Source: Octopus vulgaris
Lineage: Eukaryota
Direction of reading: 5' to 3'
Assembly (NCBI GenBank): GCA_951406725.2
Contig: OX597830.1
Span: 72,168,001-72,232,000 of the forward strand
DNA length: 64,000 nt
Shown: one piece after another, positions 39,400 to 54,525 of the stretch
Numbering within the stretch: the stretch's first letter is position 1
How the letters are laid out: each line of letters begins with the position of its first letter
Program-made: the position numbers and the translations under genes
The notes under the pieces: generated by a model
Databases searched by the model: none
The model's input: the letters and a program-made list of their open reading frames with translations, nothing else
Told to the model about the DNA's origin: nothing

Positions 39400-40185
39400 T
39401 GTTCCATTTTCAGTGTGGATTTCTGTTTGTTTTATAGCTTTTCTTGTTTCTTCTTTTTCTTCATAGGCATTACGTACTATGACTTCCCTTTTGAATTTGT
39501 CATCTTCCTTAAAGACCGAAAATAGTTTTATTTTGTTTTGTTCGTGTTTTTTGACTATTTGTATTAGCTTTCCTTCCATCTGAAGTAGGTATTTCTGTAG
39601 TCCTATGGGGCTTCTTTTGTAATAGTTTTCTAGCTGTATAAGGCATCTATCACTTTCTATATGTTGTATATATAACCTTTCTATGTCAGAGTTTGGATGG
39701 TGCAGCCTAAATCCTGTCCTTACTTTTCTTGTTTCCTGTCTTCTTTTCTTAGTTCATTTAGAGTCCAGTTAAGGATATTGTAGCTGTAACATATAACTGG
39801 GACGGCTAAAGTGTTAATACTTATTATCGGTTACATTGTTGATAACTATTATCTTGTTTTTCGCATTGAGCTCGGCTTTCAAGTATTAATCGAACTCGTC
39901 TATAGAATTATTTCCTTATCTTCTCTTTCATTTGTGTGCGTTGTATCGTATATAGTTCATTGATTCCTAAGTCAGAGTTTGGTCTAATTCTCCCATTTCA
40001 ATTGCTTTATCTAGTGTGATGTTGCTACTCTTAACTAGTTTCCCTCTTTTCAAGGTTGCTTTGACACATTTTTCTATGCCAAATTTCATGCTTATTACTT
40101 TAGTAACTCCATGTACTCTCGGTACTAACGCTTCTAGCTGTTTATCATATATAGCGTACAGTTTTAGATCATTCCTATACAAGAT
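39400..40185 (-). pseudogene. R4/Dong-type LINE RT/thumb fragment
   Basis: NDLKLYA, MKFGIEKC, ELNAKNKI, INTLAVPVICYSY, HHPNSDIERLYIQ across frameshifts. Confidence 0.8.
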
Positions 40186-40544
40186 CGAAAACCGGTGATT
40201 GCCGTGCGCTGACGACAGGTCAATACCTAGAAGCTGCAGTCCGTGCGTATCACTTAGGTTGACGAGGGAAGGATGACCTCCCTTTGCAAATACCTTAGGG
40301 CACAGAAAGTGTGCCTAAAGCCAGCTGGAGGAGATGTTCTCCTGGGGGCTACAAGCTAGTAACACCCACCCTTAGTGGTTAGCCATATTGAGATGGCAAA
40401 TATACCTCACAGATGGCTGATTGTTTTCCCATAACCACACACATAGATAAACTGCCACAACCACATACGCACACACACACACGTACTATAGTTACACACA
40501 CACATACACACACATACCTTCTTCACTTGCACTCTCCTGTCTTT

Positions 40545-40783
40545 GAATGAACTTTTCTTCACCCATTCCCTTCCGGTCATTCCAATATATGACCGCGTGT
40601 GTATCGTTGGCGACTTTCTTTCACCGTCTTCCCTTCTTTGGACATTCTCTATATTTCTGAAGAAGAGCTCCGCTCGAAATATGAAATCCTCCTTCTTTCT
40701 TTCCTTTCCTGAGCGTCCAATAACGCTGTACTTATTCTACGTCCTCGCGTTGTGTTTTCTATTTGTTCATGTTTGGATTAACT
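40545..40783 (+). mobile_element. Hammerhead-motif module (Penelope-like remnant)
   Basis: ATTT-CTGAAGA-A-GAGC-TCC-GCTC-GAAA-TATG-AAAT at 40653-40687; followed by microsatellite. Confidence 0.6.
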
Positions 40784-40786
40784 ATA

Positions 40787-40858
<72 letters not shown>

Positions 40859-40883
40859 TATCTATATAATATATATGAAATAT

Positions 40884-40950
<67 letters not shown>

Positions 40951-41030
40951 GCATGCGCATATATATAAATATTTCAATGACCGTATGTATGTAGGTATGT
41001 ATACATACATACACAATACAGAAGAAAGAA

Positions 41031-41105
<75 letters not shown>

Positions 41106-41823
41106 TGGTGAAAGTAGAGGAATGATAGTAAGAAGGAGAAAGAAGCGAAAGAGTGAAAGATAAAGGTGTAGATAGATAGGTAGAGAGAGAATGAGGGAAA
41201 GAAACATAGATAGTCACATAAATAAAAGTGAATACGTGACATCAGTGAGGGGGGGGGGGGGCAGAAGACACAGATGTACAGAGAACGTCGAAATATATAA
41301 TAAATAAACTAGTAAAATGCCTTAGTAACAACCGAAACTAACAACAATTACAAATTGTTTTATTGACCAACCAAACAGTCCAATAGGTTAAGACATAAGA
41401 TTTACGGTGGACCCTTTCACCATCACGCTTCTGTCCTACAGCCTACCAACTGTATTGTGTTTTTAAACTCATATCAATGATAAAATCATTTGTGAAGATA
41501 GCAAAAAGGAAGGAGGAGGCGGAGTGTAAAGGAAGGTAAAAAAAAAAAGGAAGAGTAGGAGGAGATGGAAGTAGAGTAGACGTATAGAAATGAGAAATGA
41601 AGATAATGAAAATAAGGAGGAAAAAAAGTCAAGATGGAAGGTTTATTGCCGTTTGGTCAGCGAGTTTGACGTAGGTCCTACGTTAAAGAAAATCATTAGG
41701 TGAAGAAATCTTTAAGGATAATAGACCAAACGTTTCTCCCCTTTTCAAACTATCATCTTACACTCACACGTGCGCACACGCATATATATATATATATATG
41801 TGTATATATATATATATGTACAC

Positions 41824-41865
<42 letters not shown>

Positions 41866-41907
41866 ATACATACATACATATATATATATATGCACATATA
41901 CATACAC

Positions 41908-41976
<69 letters not shown>

Positions 41977-42237
41977 CAGGGAGGGAAAGAGGCAGAGAGA
42001 GGGAAACGCACACACACACCTATGCACATAGAAACACAAACGCGTACTCGCACATGTGTTTAGCAATGTATGTATGTACTAATATATTTGTATTTTGTAA
42101 GCATATGTACATATATATACATGTGTATATATGTGTGTGCAAGTGCGTGTGTGATTGAGTGCAAGTCTATGTGCGTGTGTTTGTTGCTTTCATCTTCATT
42201 TTATACAAACATATATGTATATATACAAATATGCATA

Positions 42238-42286
<49 letters not shown>

Positions 42287-44019
42287 GCATAAGGAAAGAA
42301 TGAATGCGTCCGCATGAGAGTGGGCGAGAGAGAGACACAGAGAAGCAGAGAAAGAGTGGGACATACACATTCTGTTTATATGCATGGAATTTATGCACTG
42401 TCTGATAGAGTTGGTATGTTGAGCCAATGCTGCCGTATTGTTATTAGTTTGTATTGCGTAAATTTCTCTTCATAGCATTTTATTTTATAAACTCAGCGAA
42501 CTATTAAATCTAAACTGTTCATCCCAAAACAATATTAATAAATTTTAGGACATTCCCAGACGATAAATCAAGAAGGAAAAGAGAGTCTAGTTTTGCAGAG
42601 CTCCTAACGCTAAAAGTTCTTTTTCTACCAATCAGACCGCGTTAAGTTATTTCTGTTTGGATCTTGTACATTCATAGAAAGACGTTTAGCCAATCTTATG
42701 ATGACAATTCGGTGAGGCTATAAAGTAACTAGCAATGTAATCCTGTCATCACGTAGGTAATCCAGCTTAGCCAATTGTTTTTGCCTCACTGATAAATATA
42801 CTCCGATCTCGAAATATTAGGAAATGTAACAAAACCTCTTTTAAATGAAACTACCAATACGCTCTCGCGGCTTGCCCGGAGAAATGCAACTCTTCCATGC
42901 AAGATGTTCTGATACTCCATAGAACTCTTCATATCCTAAATATGATATGTATTTCATCCACAAGTAGTTTGTAATATACTCTCCTTGGTCTGCCCATACC
43001 TGTATATCCATGCGTTTGTTTCTCTGGGGGTGTTTTGCATAACCCATTATTTCTCTAATTACCAAAGTGATGGTAGAAAATCTACCCTACAGTCGCTGTT
43101 TTATAGGATGTCACAGGCAAGAAAATCTGAAAACTGCATGAAACTTTCTCGTGAGCTTTCGTTCAAATCTCTTGTTTAATGTCCATGCTGGAATGTATGA
43201 AGTACCGATTAAACGACTACTTGGGAGTCAAAAAAGAACCCTCTTCATGTTATCAGGATTGGAAAATTTTCGTGTAATTCTGAGTCGGTGTAGGGCATAT
43301 ACATGTTTTATGAGACAACCCTGTCACATAAGAAGACAGGCATAAAGGTTAATGTAGTCAATGGCACTTTATGCTCGGAAAAACAAATCCGAAACGTATT
43401 TCAATAATCAAAGAGCTACGTTACGCATGAATGCCAATGCTCAAAGTGGCAGTATCGCGAAAAAAGTAAAGAAAAATGACCGTAGCAGTGAATTATGTCA
43501 AAATTATCTTTAAACCACAATGATGTGTATTTGACTGACTGAAACTTTGGGTGAAGGTTTCACGGCCCAGCCGACATCAAGTTACTGCTATGCAAACAAA
43601 AAATAAAAAGAAAAAAGAAATAAATTCAGGTGGACAAAAAAATTCAAGGAGATAACAGTGAAATGTTACCAAAGAAGTGAAACAAAGAAGCAGGTAGACT
43701 GAAACAAACCCGAAATGTTTATGTTATTAGAGTATTTAAGTTCGGTGAAGCACACTAAGTTTGCGTAAGTGTGTGTATGTGTATCATCAATTTATATTAT
43801 ACACATATTTATATATCATATATAGGTATGTGTGAGTTTGCTAGTGTGTGTATGTGTGTGTGTGTGTGTGTGTATGTTATTTTGCATAAAAAATGGAAGA
43901 TGTTCGAGATAAATTTGACGATATTTCATGGATCCTTTTATGTTTCGGAAAAAGCTTGAGGTATTAGCGAACAGTCACCGGTGTTGGAGAGCATAAAAAT
44001 TAAATTTGTAGGTGAGAAA

Positions 44020-44435
44020 AAAAAAGTTAGCTGACATGGAGGATTCGAAGTCATCTGAATGTTGGAAAGATATTGCCTTCATCAAGGTGAATCGTGCTGG
44101 GTATCAAAATGCCAAAGTCATGACTGCTGCTCAGTACTGTAAAGGTTGTGAGACGTCGCATAACTGCAACGAAATCGACGATGCTGTGACCTGCAGGAGT
44201 GACAGAGCATTCGTTCTGACAGCGGGCGCTCGTCTGATATCTTTGACAGGATCTTAGGCTCAGTTCAACAGGCCACATGAATCTGCTGGAGGTTGTGGTC
44301 AAACCCTGGCTCGAGAATGCTGCTGCTGGAAGGCCATATGTTGCAGCATGTTTCGATTTTATGTCATACCTCTGGAAAGGGTCAAAAGTAGTTGTCGGAG
44401 AATTTCTACTGCTTCACCAGCCCCAATTCCTGGAG
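44020..44435 (+). pseudogene. Tc1/mariner-superfamily transposase fragment, DD37D (maT)-like
   Basis: LLEVVVKPWLENAAAGRPYV, then frameshifted CHTSGKGQK*LSENFYCFTSPNSW, the context preceding the WPP.SPD motif. Confidence 0.7.
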
Positions 44436-44734
44436 ATTACAATTTCTGGTAGTTCTGTGTGAGGAATTAAAGGAAACAATCAATGGTTGATCAATAGGAA
44501 GTTTGTCGAAAAAAAGAACAGGGAAACGAATATTTAACTGATGACAGAAATGAGGGCACTGACGAACTATGTAAAGAGATTTATATACAAAGAGATCAAT
44601 TAGAGAAAAGCGCATGACTGAGAACTACACTCGAGGTTCAAGCTATACCGAGAAATGTTTAAAATCTACAAGTAAAGAAGAAAATGCACTCCGATATTGG
44701 AGAATCAATACATGGAGAGAAAATTGAATAGACT

Positions 44735-44909
44735 GGCGCAGGGGTGGCTGTGTGGTAAGTAGCTTGCTTACCAACCTCATGGTTCCGGGTTCATTTCGAC
44801 TGCTTGGCACCTTGGGCAAGTACCTGGTACTACAGATTCGGGCCGACCAAAACCTTGTGAGTGGATTTGGTAGACGGAAACTGAAAAGAAGCCCGTCGTA
44901 TATATATAC

Positions 44910-44974
<65 letters not shown>

Positions 44975-45206
44975 TTATGCATGTATGTATATATGTATGT
45001 GTGTATGTTTTTGTTTCTGTGTTTGCCCCCCCCCCCCCAATATAGCTTGATAAGCGATGGTGGTGTGTTTACATCTCCGCAACTTAGCGGTTCGGCAAAA
45101 GAAACCAATAAAATAAGTACTAGGCTTACAAAGAATATGTCCTGGGGTCGATTTGCTCGACTAAAATGACTGAAACAAGTAAAAGAGTAAAAAGAGAGTA
45201 AAGAGA
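44735..45206 (+). mobile_element. SINE-A with deletion in the 3' tail
   Basis: GACTAAA joined to ATGACTGAAAC, removing GGCGGTGCTCCAGCATGGCCGCAGTC. Confidence 0.88.
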
Positions 45207-45594
45207 GAGATATTGAACTGAAAAGGAGTCATACAAGGAAACACTCTGTTTTGATTTTCGTCACGCTGATTACTTTGTCAACCATACTAAGTAACACTTA
45301 TGAAAGATATTCACTGGGAAATAAAAGGAGTGGGGAAGAGAATAATCGACATTTATAGATAGTTTAAAGCCTTATGACATTGATAAGAATCAATTAAATT
45401 CGTCAATGAAAACTAAAATTATTTAGTAGTAGAATTAAGATGGCATTTTTAATCAAGAAATATTCTGTAGTTCAGATGAAGGAGAGAAATCCGTAAGAAT
45501 TCCTAAAATAGACGAGAATATAAAATCATTAATTGTAGAATGAATATAAATAAATGCATTATCATTCTAACAACAAACTGAAATGTTGCAGGAG

Positions 45595-46276
45595 AAGAAT
45601 AGTCGATCACATCGGCACCAATATTTGACTGGTAGTTAATTTATTGACCCCGGCGGAATTTGAACTCAGAACGTGCAGAATAACGCTAAGCATTTTGCCT
45701 GGTGTGCTAACGATTCTGCCAGCTCACCGCCTTACTTATAATAATAATATTAATGGTTTCAAATTTTAGCATTAGGCGAGAAATTTTGGATGTAGGGGGT
45801 TAAGTCGATAACATCGACTCCAGCGGTCAACTGGTAGTTTACTTTATGCAGCCCGGAAAGATGTGGAGGCGTAATGGCCCAGTGATTAGGGCAGCGGACT
45901 CGCGGTTTCGATTCCCAGACCGAGCGTTGTGTGTGTTTATTGAGCGAAAACATCTAAAGCTCCACGAGTCTCTGACAGTGCGTGGTGGCGACCACTGTTG
46001 TACTCTTTCGCCCCAACTTTCTCTCACTTTTTCTTCCTGTTTCTTGAGTAACGCTGCGATGTACAGGCGTCCCGTCCAGCTGGGGGGAACACATACGCCC
46101 CAAAAACCGGCTATGTTTAAAATTTACATGAGCCTGGCTATGCTTGAAAAGGGCGCATAAATAAAAAAAAACCCCGGAAGGATAAAGAATATTGAACTCA
46201 GAACATAAAGACGGCAAGATTCCGCTTAGTATTTTTTGCCAGAAGTGCTAACGATTCTGACAACTTGCTGCCTTAA
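45595..46276 (-). mobile_element. Two minus-strand SINE-C copies, the second split by a SINE-B
   Basis: Heads end at ~45733 and ~46274. Confidence 0.75.
45863..46172 (+). mobile_element. SINE-B nested in SINE-C
   Basis: TSD-like CCCGGAAAGAT (45852) / CCCGGAAGGAT (46173). Confidence 0.82.
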
Positions 46277-46948
46277 CGACAAAAATAAATAAAGTTTTTT
46301 TAATCTTAGAGCCACTCAGTCGAAGTTAAGATGAATTTATTTCTCACTGAATATCAAGCAAATAATCGGAGTGGGAATCACAAGATTTCCAATTTATATT
46401 TCTCGTATTCGCCATCTCTACTCCATTCTCCACCCTCCCTCCAGCCCACTCTCACTCTCTCTCTGTATTTCCCGAATTCACGGTCGAATGTTGTTGTTTT
46501 TTTCTTGCGCAGTATCATAATAGAAAGGCACTACATGCGCTCCACCATGAGTTTGTTTATTATAAAATAAATGATATTTAATATCACAATATTTCTAGTT
46601 CAAAAACTTTCCCTCAATATCATCAGATCCCAGTTCCTTTTGGTCGGGGTTGACTTAGTTTGAAAGCTGTATTAGGAGAGCGTAGATTAGTTGTTGCAGA
46701 GTTTTGTGTGAACATGTTCGCAGTCCAGAATGGCAGAATTCCCATTCTATTTTGTCATCCTTCTTTTCTATGGATTGTGTAATTCGTTTCGCTCGTCCAA
46801 GCGAAAATGTCGACTGTTTTCTGATTCTCGACATAATTTCTTATCCGGCAGAATAGTTAATTGAAAACTGCGTTATTCCTGTCTTTTCATTTTCTTACAC
46901 AACAAAGTAAGATGTGTTTATAATGTAATACCTTTCACTATGAGGATG

Positions 46949-47003
<55 letters not shown>

Positions 47004-47030
47004 GTTTGTCTATCCCCCTCTCTCCCTCTC

Positions 47031-47061
<31 letters not shown>

Positions 47062-47073
47062 AACACTCTCTCG

Positions 47074-47132
<59 letters not shown>

Positions 47133-47136
<4 letters not shown>

Positions 47137-47520
47137 GTAGTATAACTCCAAACTTACAGGGAAAAATCCAATTTAGTATTAAATCAAATTTCACAATATA
47201 AATATATAATATATAAACTAAAGAAAAAACAATTTTTATACTTTTGTGATCTAGTTATATGTTTTATAAAAATATATTTTATTTTTTATTTATGATTTGG
47301 TTTATGTCTATCATTGTTGGAATTGCATTATAGTGTTTGTGAATCCAACCAACTAAGGGATAATATATATCCAATATACTGCTGGTAGAATACCCAATTA
47401 TTAATACACATGTATTTTTATTGCATTGCAATTACATTACTGAGTGTACTAAACGGGTGAAGGAAAAGAGATATTTTACCATTAATTTATAGAACAATAA
47501 GAAAATAGAGGGATCAATAG
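47133..47520. repeat. AT-rich interspersed repeat following (TA)n
   Basis: TCCAAA(C/T)TTACAGGGAAAA..ATTTAG.ATT.AATC.AATTT shared with 59088-59155. Confidence 0.6.
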
Positions 47521-48144
47521 GTGATTCATCAACTTTTATCACCTTTTAGGATGAGAGAAAAAGCGAGGAAAAGCGAGAATGAAGTAAATATAAAAGGTTG
47601 AAAATGAATAACAATATAAAAGAAGCAAATATATAAGAGAGAATGGTCTCCAGTGGAGTAACTTTCTTTACTAGTCCGGTCGATAAAATATCCACCAAGG
47701 CTAAATAACAGCAATGCCCAGGGTAACTTCCACATAACAAAGTATGAACACACTGCTACATGAATAAAACAGTGACTATCATCGCTACCAATACCACTAA
47801 ATACTACCACTACAACAATAACAGTAACAAAAATACACCAAGAAAGGTGCCTCTGAGTTGTGACCTCGTTACTTCTTAGAAATAGTTGCCAAATTTTCCT
47901 CAGATCACATTCCACGACTTAGAAAAGGATTATGTGGTTCGAAGGGATGGTCATTGCTCAAATAGCTTTCGTAGATAAAAGTTCATTTCGGGCTAAACCT
48001 GAAAAACAAAGTTGCTACTGTATCAAATCCATTACTGTCACCAACACCACCAGCGCCAGCACCACTACCGCCGTCACTGCAGCGACCAACATCACCACTA
48101 ACGAGGCTTCAAAGAAAGAGCATCTAAATATCCCTCAAGCTGTA

Positions 48145-48483
48145 ACTCTTTTATTTGTTTTATTCATTTGACCGCGGCCATGCTGAGTATCGCCTTTAGT
48201 TGAGCAAATCAACCACAGAGCTTATTCTTTTTAAGCCTAGTACATATTCTATCGGTCTTTTTTGCCGAAGCGCTAAGGTATGCGGATGTAAGCACACCAG
48301 CATCGGTTATCAAACATATACACACACATACAAATATAAATACATATACGACTGGCTTCTTCCAGTTTCCGTCTATCAAATCCACTAACAAGGCTTTGGT
48401 TGGACACTAGTCCAAGGTGCCACGCAGTGGAACTGAACCTAGGACTTGGTGGTTGGCAAGCAAGCTACTTACCACATAACCAC
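48145..48483 (-). mobile_element. SINE-A, diverged
   Basis: Both halves recognisable. Confidence 0.8.
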
Positions 48484-48649
48484 GGGCTTTAAATTCGATA
48501 ATATAATCAGCGAAAAATAGTTGAAAGATGGAATTGTCGCGTCTGGATTGTCGTCGATCGTAAGTTTTTTGAAGCAGAGCTGAACTGAAGCGAAAATAAC
48601 AAGAAGTGAAAATAACAATAACCGAAATATGAACAAAAAGCTTGACATT

Positions 48650-49733
48650 GAACTAAACAACAACAACAACAACAAAGCGATACTAATTCCGCCCCCCCCC
48701 CCCAATCACTGCCATCACCACCTCATCAGCAACAACAACATCAACTTTAACAATAGTAAGAACTACACGAATGAAATTTACAAGGCCACCAACGCCAGCA
48801 ACAATACAGCAACCATCATTTACTGCCAATACCAACACCACCACTAACACCACTACTACTACTACTACTACTACCATCATTACCACTGCCATCACCCTAT
48901 CACTACCCCGACAACAACCACGACCACGACCACCACTACCACCGCCACCACTACCGCCACCACTACTACTAACACAATGACCAACACTACCACCGCAACA
49001 ACCACTGCAACTATCAACACCAGTACCACTGCCACCATCATCACTACCATCACCAGCAACAATAACAATAACAACAACGACAACGACATCAACATCATCA
49101 TCACAATCACCACTAAAGCAATACAACCACCGTCATCATCATCACCATCACCTCCACCACCAACAGTATCTACTGCCACCGCTACCACAACACATACACA
49201 CCACACACACACACACAAACATATAACCCCTACAACAACCTCCATTCCCTGCTATAGCCACAATCACATACACCATTCACCAGCACGTGCCCCCCCCCCC
49301 ATACTACCACCATCTACCAGCCACCCAACACTTCTGCCAGCATCACTGTTCCCTGATAGCCCCGCTCCAGCCTCCTCCTAAATTACGTCCCGCCGCCAGA
49401 GTGCCTGTCCAGAATGCCCAGCCCACGTCGCATTTTCATAAACTATCTTCTTCAATGTCGTAAACAACCTTGTCCCGTCGTCGTCGTCGTCATCATCATC
49501 TTCACCATAAGCATCATGCAGCAGCAGCAGCAGCAATACCACCTTCGCCGTCGACATCGTAGTTGATGTCGTGGTTGTCGTTATCATCATCATCATCATC
49601 GTTGTCGTCGTCATCGTCATTGTCGTCATCTTCATCACGAATATCAGCGACATCATCAATACCTTCTTCTTCTTCTTCTTCTTCTTCTTCTTCTTCTTCT
49701 TCTTCTTCTTCTTCTTCTTCTTCTTCTTCTTCT

Positions 49734-49768
<35 letters not shown>

Positions 49769-49860
49769 TTCTTTTTCTTCTTCTTCTTTTTCTTCTTCTT
49801 CTTCTTCTTCTTCTTCTTCTTCTTCTTTCTTTCTTTCTTTCTTTCTTTCTTTCCTTCTCC
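48650..49860. repeat. Low-complexity (CAC/CAA)n, (TCA/TCG)n and (TTC)n tracts
   Basis: Visible; (TTC)n at ~49663-49825. Confidence 0.92.
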
Positions 49861-49926
49861 CTTTCTTGCATGAATCATTCGTTGTTTATGACCACTGTCA
49901 AGATATAATACATTTTTGCAACTAGC

Positions 49927-50003
<77 letters not shown>

Positions 50004-50694
50004 GCTAGCTAGCTAGCTATCTCTCTATTTTTCTTTGTCCACACACATCCACACATGCGCATACACTCATACACAGAGATACATATTACACAGTAATATA
50101 TATATATATGTACACACACACACATATATATATATATATACGCACATTTATATATATATATATATTACTCTGTGTATATATGTATGTATCTATATATAGA
50201 TACATACATAAATGCATATATACATACAAGCATGCATACATACATACATACATACATACATACATACATACATACATACATACATACATACATACATACA
50301 TACATACATACATACATACATGCATACATACATACACATACATACATACATACATACATACATACATACATACATACATAAATGCATATATACATACATG
50401 CATACAAACACACACTCGAAATGTTGGTTGTGTATCATGCATGTTATTTTAATACAAATTCTTAATGGTCACACATCCTCTAAATGCTCTGACGTTTTGC
50501 GTGTATTTACTCTTGGTTTGTATTTTTGTTACCCTGGAGGTTACTAAAATAACCCATCTCTTCCTTTTCATATTTACCTTCATTAAAATGACTATGATGA
50601 TAATAATGATGATGATCATCATCATCGTCATGAACATCGTCAACATTATAATCGTTTATTATAATCACCATCGTCATTGATATTGTTATTGTTG

Positions 50695-51060
50695 TGTTGG
50701 CAGAACCGTTAGTAACTCGGTATAAAATTCTAGCGATATCCCCTCCGACTCATTAATATCTGACCCTAAATTCTGTATAAACCAGCATTGTCATTTATCG
50801 TTAGTAGGTTGAAAAATACAAGTACTGGTTAATTAATGGATTCTATATAATCAATTAGAATCCTCTCCGCTGATTTCAATTCTTGTGCCTGCGAGCCGGT
50901 AACCAGGTAAAATGCTTAGCAGCATTTTCGCCGACTTCGACTTAGGCTTTTATCATTTGGTGTCGGTAGATTAAGTACCAGTGATTAAGTACACCGTAGC
51001 CAATGTAATCGACTTAACCCCTCCCCCAAAATTCCAGGCCTTATGTCTATAACAGAAGGG
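50695..51060 (+). mobile_element. Two decayed SINE-C copies ending in (TTA)n
   Basis: TGGCAGAACCGTTAG head; AAGTACCAG, ATGTAATCGACTTA core. Confidence 0.65.
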
Positions 51061-51275
51061 ATTATATTATTATTATTATTATTATTATGTTTTTTCCTTC
51101 TTTCTTCAAATTTTCTTCCGTTTCTCGCCGAGTTTTTTCCGTACACCTAGGGCAGAGAAGCTCATTGTATGCATTCCCAGATTACACGCGCAAATTCACA
51201 GATAAAATACGTATTTAAAAATTAATAAATAAATAAATTCATGGATGGATGTTATTTTCACAACTTATTATTATT

Positions 51276-51362
<87 letters not shown>

Positions 51363-51494
51363 ATTATCATTATATTTTTTACTTGTAAATTCACTCCTCA
51401 GAGCTCTCGAATTCACTTGCTCCAGTTAATTCTGTAAACGCAGAAAAAAATCTGTTGTCAAAATTCCAGGCTTTATATCTATAACAGTAACTAC

Positions 51495-51600
51495 ATTTTT
51501 CTTCCACTTCTGTGAGGTATAGCCCATGCATGGCATTCACTTTCCAGTTGTATAATCTTTGCTTATCACCTTGTTTCTCGAATTCTTTTGGGTGTGTCAT
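51495..51600 (-). pseudogene. Short R4/Dong-type LINE fragment
   Basis: KQRLYNWKVNAMHGLYLTEVEE resembles the W..K.(L/M)HG.Y motif downstream of the RT. Confidence 0.5.
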
Positions 51601-51749
51601 ATTTCCGCTCTGTATCGTGTTGCTATTTCTAACTGAAATCGAAACGAAAACACCGTGAACCGTTTCTATGAATACCAGCATTATCATTCAGTGCCGGGTG
51701 GAAGATATAAAAAGGTATAATACGATGGAAGTTGCTATTGAAATTAAAT

Positions 51750-52390
51750 CCTGAACGTGCATGCCCACCATTCGGCTGTATGAACCACTGGTTTTTCTAA
51801 CTGAGCATAGCAAATCGTATTTTGCTCAATGTATTGCAGGTGATCTGTGGAAAAATGAGTACTTCTGAGTTCCTCTTGAAAGAACAATTCCAAGACAGGT
51901 ATATTATTGATATAGCATCGACTTATGTTTAAAAAATCAAGGACTGCAATAGGAAAATCTGGGAACCATTTGTATGGTAAGGATGCCGTCAATACTTGGA
52001 ACATCATCCGGTTTGTTAATGTATCAAAGAAGAAAGCACTTTCACTTTCTGGCATGCATTTCGTTAGTCACCACGAAGCCAACTTAGTCCAAATAAAATC
52101 GTGATACACTGTGTAATATGAGCACTCAATATTGTAGAGGATTCTGCACTAGATACATAGATTTTCACTTTGGCGCGTGAGCACTTTAGTTCTGACCAGG
52201 TGGTGGTGTTGTTGTATATTAAGACGACATGATATCTTGGTAAGCTTTCGAACTGCGATCAGAATAACGAGATTTCGTGTTGGAAAAGTAAACTCAGAAA
52301 CTGGCTTTCTTGATATGTTCAATGAAAGCCTCGTATATCTATCAGGCATCTTTAGAAGAATAAATGTAATTGCTCTCTTCGTGTATAACA
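51750..52390 (-). pseudogene. Possible very old L1/Tx1-type RT fragment
   Basis: Weak collinear resemblance to RT domains 1-5 (RAITFILLK, RKLTKISCRL, YHDFIWTKL); motifs heavily decayed. Confidence 0.3.
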
Positions 52391-53503
52391 TTATTCCCTA
52401 ATAGATGCTTCAGATATGTGAATACCTTTACGGTCTGAGTTTTAATCACACCGAGGGCAACGTTAACTTTCGTCATTCCAAGGTCGATAAAAGAGCGCAC
52501 AAGTCAAACACTGCTGCAGACCTCTCCGTCTTGCATCCGATTCTTGTGCCTGTGTATAAAATCAATAATCACACCTCACAGATAGAATTATATAAATAAA
52601 TAAGATACATTGAGATTAGATCAATAAGAAACCAGTGGATTTTAGCATTGACTGGAACCTGTGCGTAACCACCAACATTATCAGAACCACCTCTAACACA
52701 GTCACCGCCACCACTAGCAACGGTACCACCACCACCAGCACTACAACCATATTTACCACCAGCACCGGCACCACCAACATCAGCACCACCAGCACCACAA
52801 ACACCACTGCCGCGGTGACCGCCAAAATGATTTATGGCGGGAACAAGTAACAGTACTATCATTACGTGTAAACTGGAGGGGCATTAATCGTTTCTGTATC
52901 GATACCAATACTGTAATTCACTGTACACGCTTTCGGAAATCGTGGCTACTGGAAGCCAATTGATTCCTTTTGCACAACGTATTTTATGGGCGTATAAACA
53001 CTTCTTGCCGTTTTGTTTTTGATTTTTTATTCTGCTCTTCTATAATGTCGGACATCAGTGCCTACTTATTAAATAGGAATAAAAAAGATAATTGCCGAAG
53101 CGTTGCATCGTCACACAGACACAGACACAGACACACACATATACAAAAAGAGAAGATGGTGAGTGAATTACGTACGTACAGATGCCCAGAGAGAGAGAGA
53201 GAGGGTGAGAGAGAAAGAGAGGGGGAGAGAGAAAGATAGGGAAAGAGAGAGAGGGAAAGTGAAAGAGAGAAAGAGAGAATGAGAGTAGCTGACGAACAGA
53301 GACAAAGAGAGAGAAGTGTGAACGAAAGAATAAGCTGGGGGAAGAGAGTGTTTATGAAAGCAGAAAGACAGAAATATGGATTGAGGAAAGACCTACGGTC
53401 ATACGGACAGAGGCATTCTTTCTCTAAGAGAGAGGAAGTCATGAAGAAGGAGAGAAGAGAGGAGAGATAAGGAGGAGTGAGAATAAAGAAGAGAGACCGA
53501 AAG

Positions 53504-53559
<56 letters not shown>

Positions 53560-53646
53560 CGAAGAGGTGTGAGAAAATCTGGTAACATAAACTTTGAAGG
53601 AGAATGAATGACAGGCAGAGGAGTCAGAATCAGTGAAAGACAAGGA

Positions 53647-53712
<66 letters not shown>

Positions 53713-53918
53713 AGTGTGTGTGTGTGAGGGGGAGAAAGAACAAGGAAGAAAGAGACAGAATAAAGAGAGGGAGACACACAGCAAATCAGGGAAAGATGCT
53801 GACGGAAATTACGTATGTGAACACGTGTACAGGAAACCTCATACACGTTTATACGTTTAGACATTCAGGGAAATAGTTATAAACATACACATAAGGCTTA
53901 AATTCATGCATAACCAAG

Positions 53919-53997
<79 letters not shown>

Positions 53998-54525
53998 CCA
54001 CATTCAACTCATTTATATCCGCACCTATACACAAAACACACATCGACGCACAAACCTAATCGAACTCAACCAAGCGGTTATCCCAAAGGACATGTATATA
54101 TGTGTATTTATCGATATAAATATATTGAAAAACCTAAGAGATTTATTGATACTTGTACTTGTACGTATATGTATCTAGCACTTTCATACATACATACATA
54201 CATACATACATACATACATACATACATACATGGTATACCATCTTTTGCAAATTTTACACCCACACGTTCTCACATAGGCGTATTATAGTTAGGTGACTGA
54301 ACACATGCCCTTTGCCTTCAGTTAAAGGGCATGTAAGAGGGGATTTTTTTTCTCGTAGACTACGTTTTACAGAGAAGTATGTTTTTATCTGTTGTAATTA
54401 TGGTTGAGTTGTTTATTGTTTCAGCGATTATTTTGGGTAGATTACGGTTGGATGTTTAAGTGCTCGCTTATTACGTAAGTGCAGAGGGCATCTGATTATA
54501 ATTCTTTTATTATGTAAGAATGCAT

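Noticed and set aside
46620-46860. Possible RTE-like C-terminal remnant (minus strand)
   Set aside because: Resemblance too weak without a search.
54303-54334. 11-bp hairpin ACATGCCCTTT/AAAGGGCATGT
   Set aside because: Isolated, with no supporting context; may be chance.
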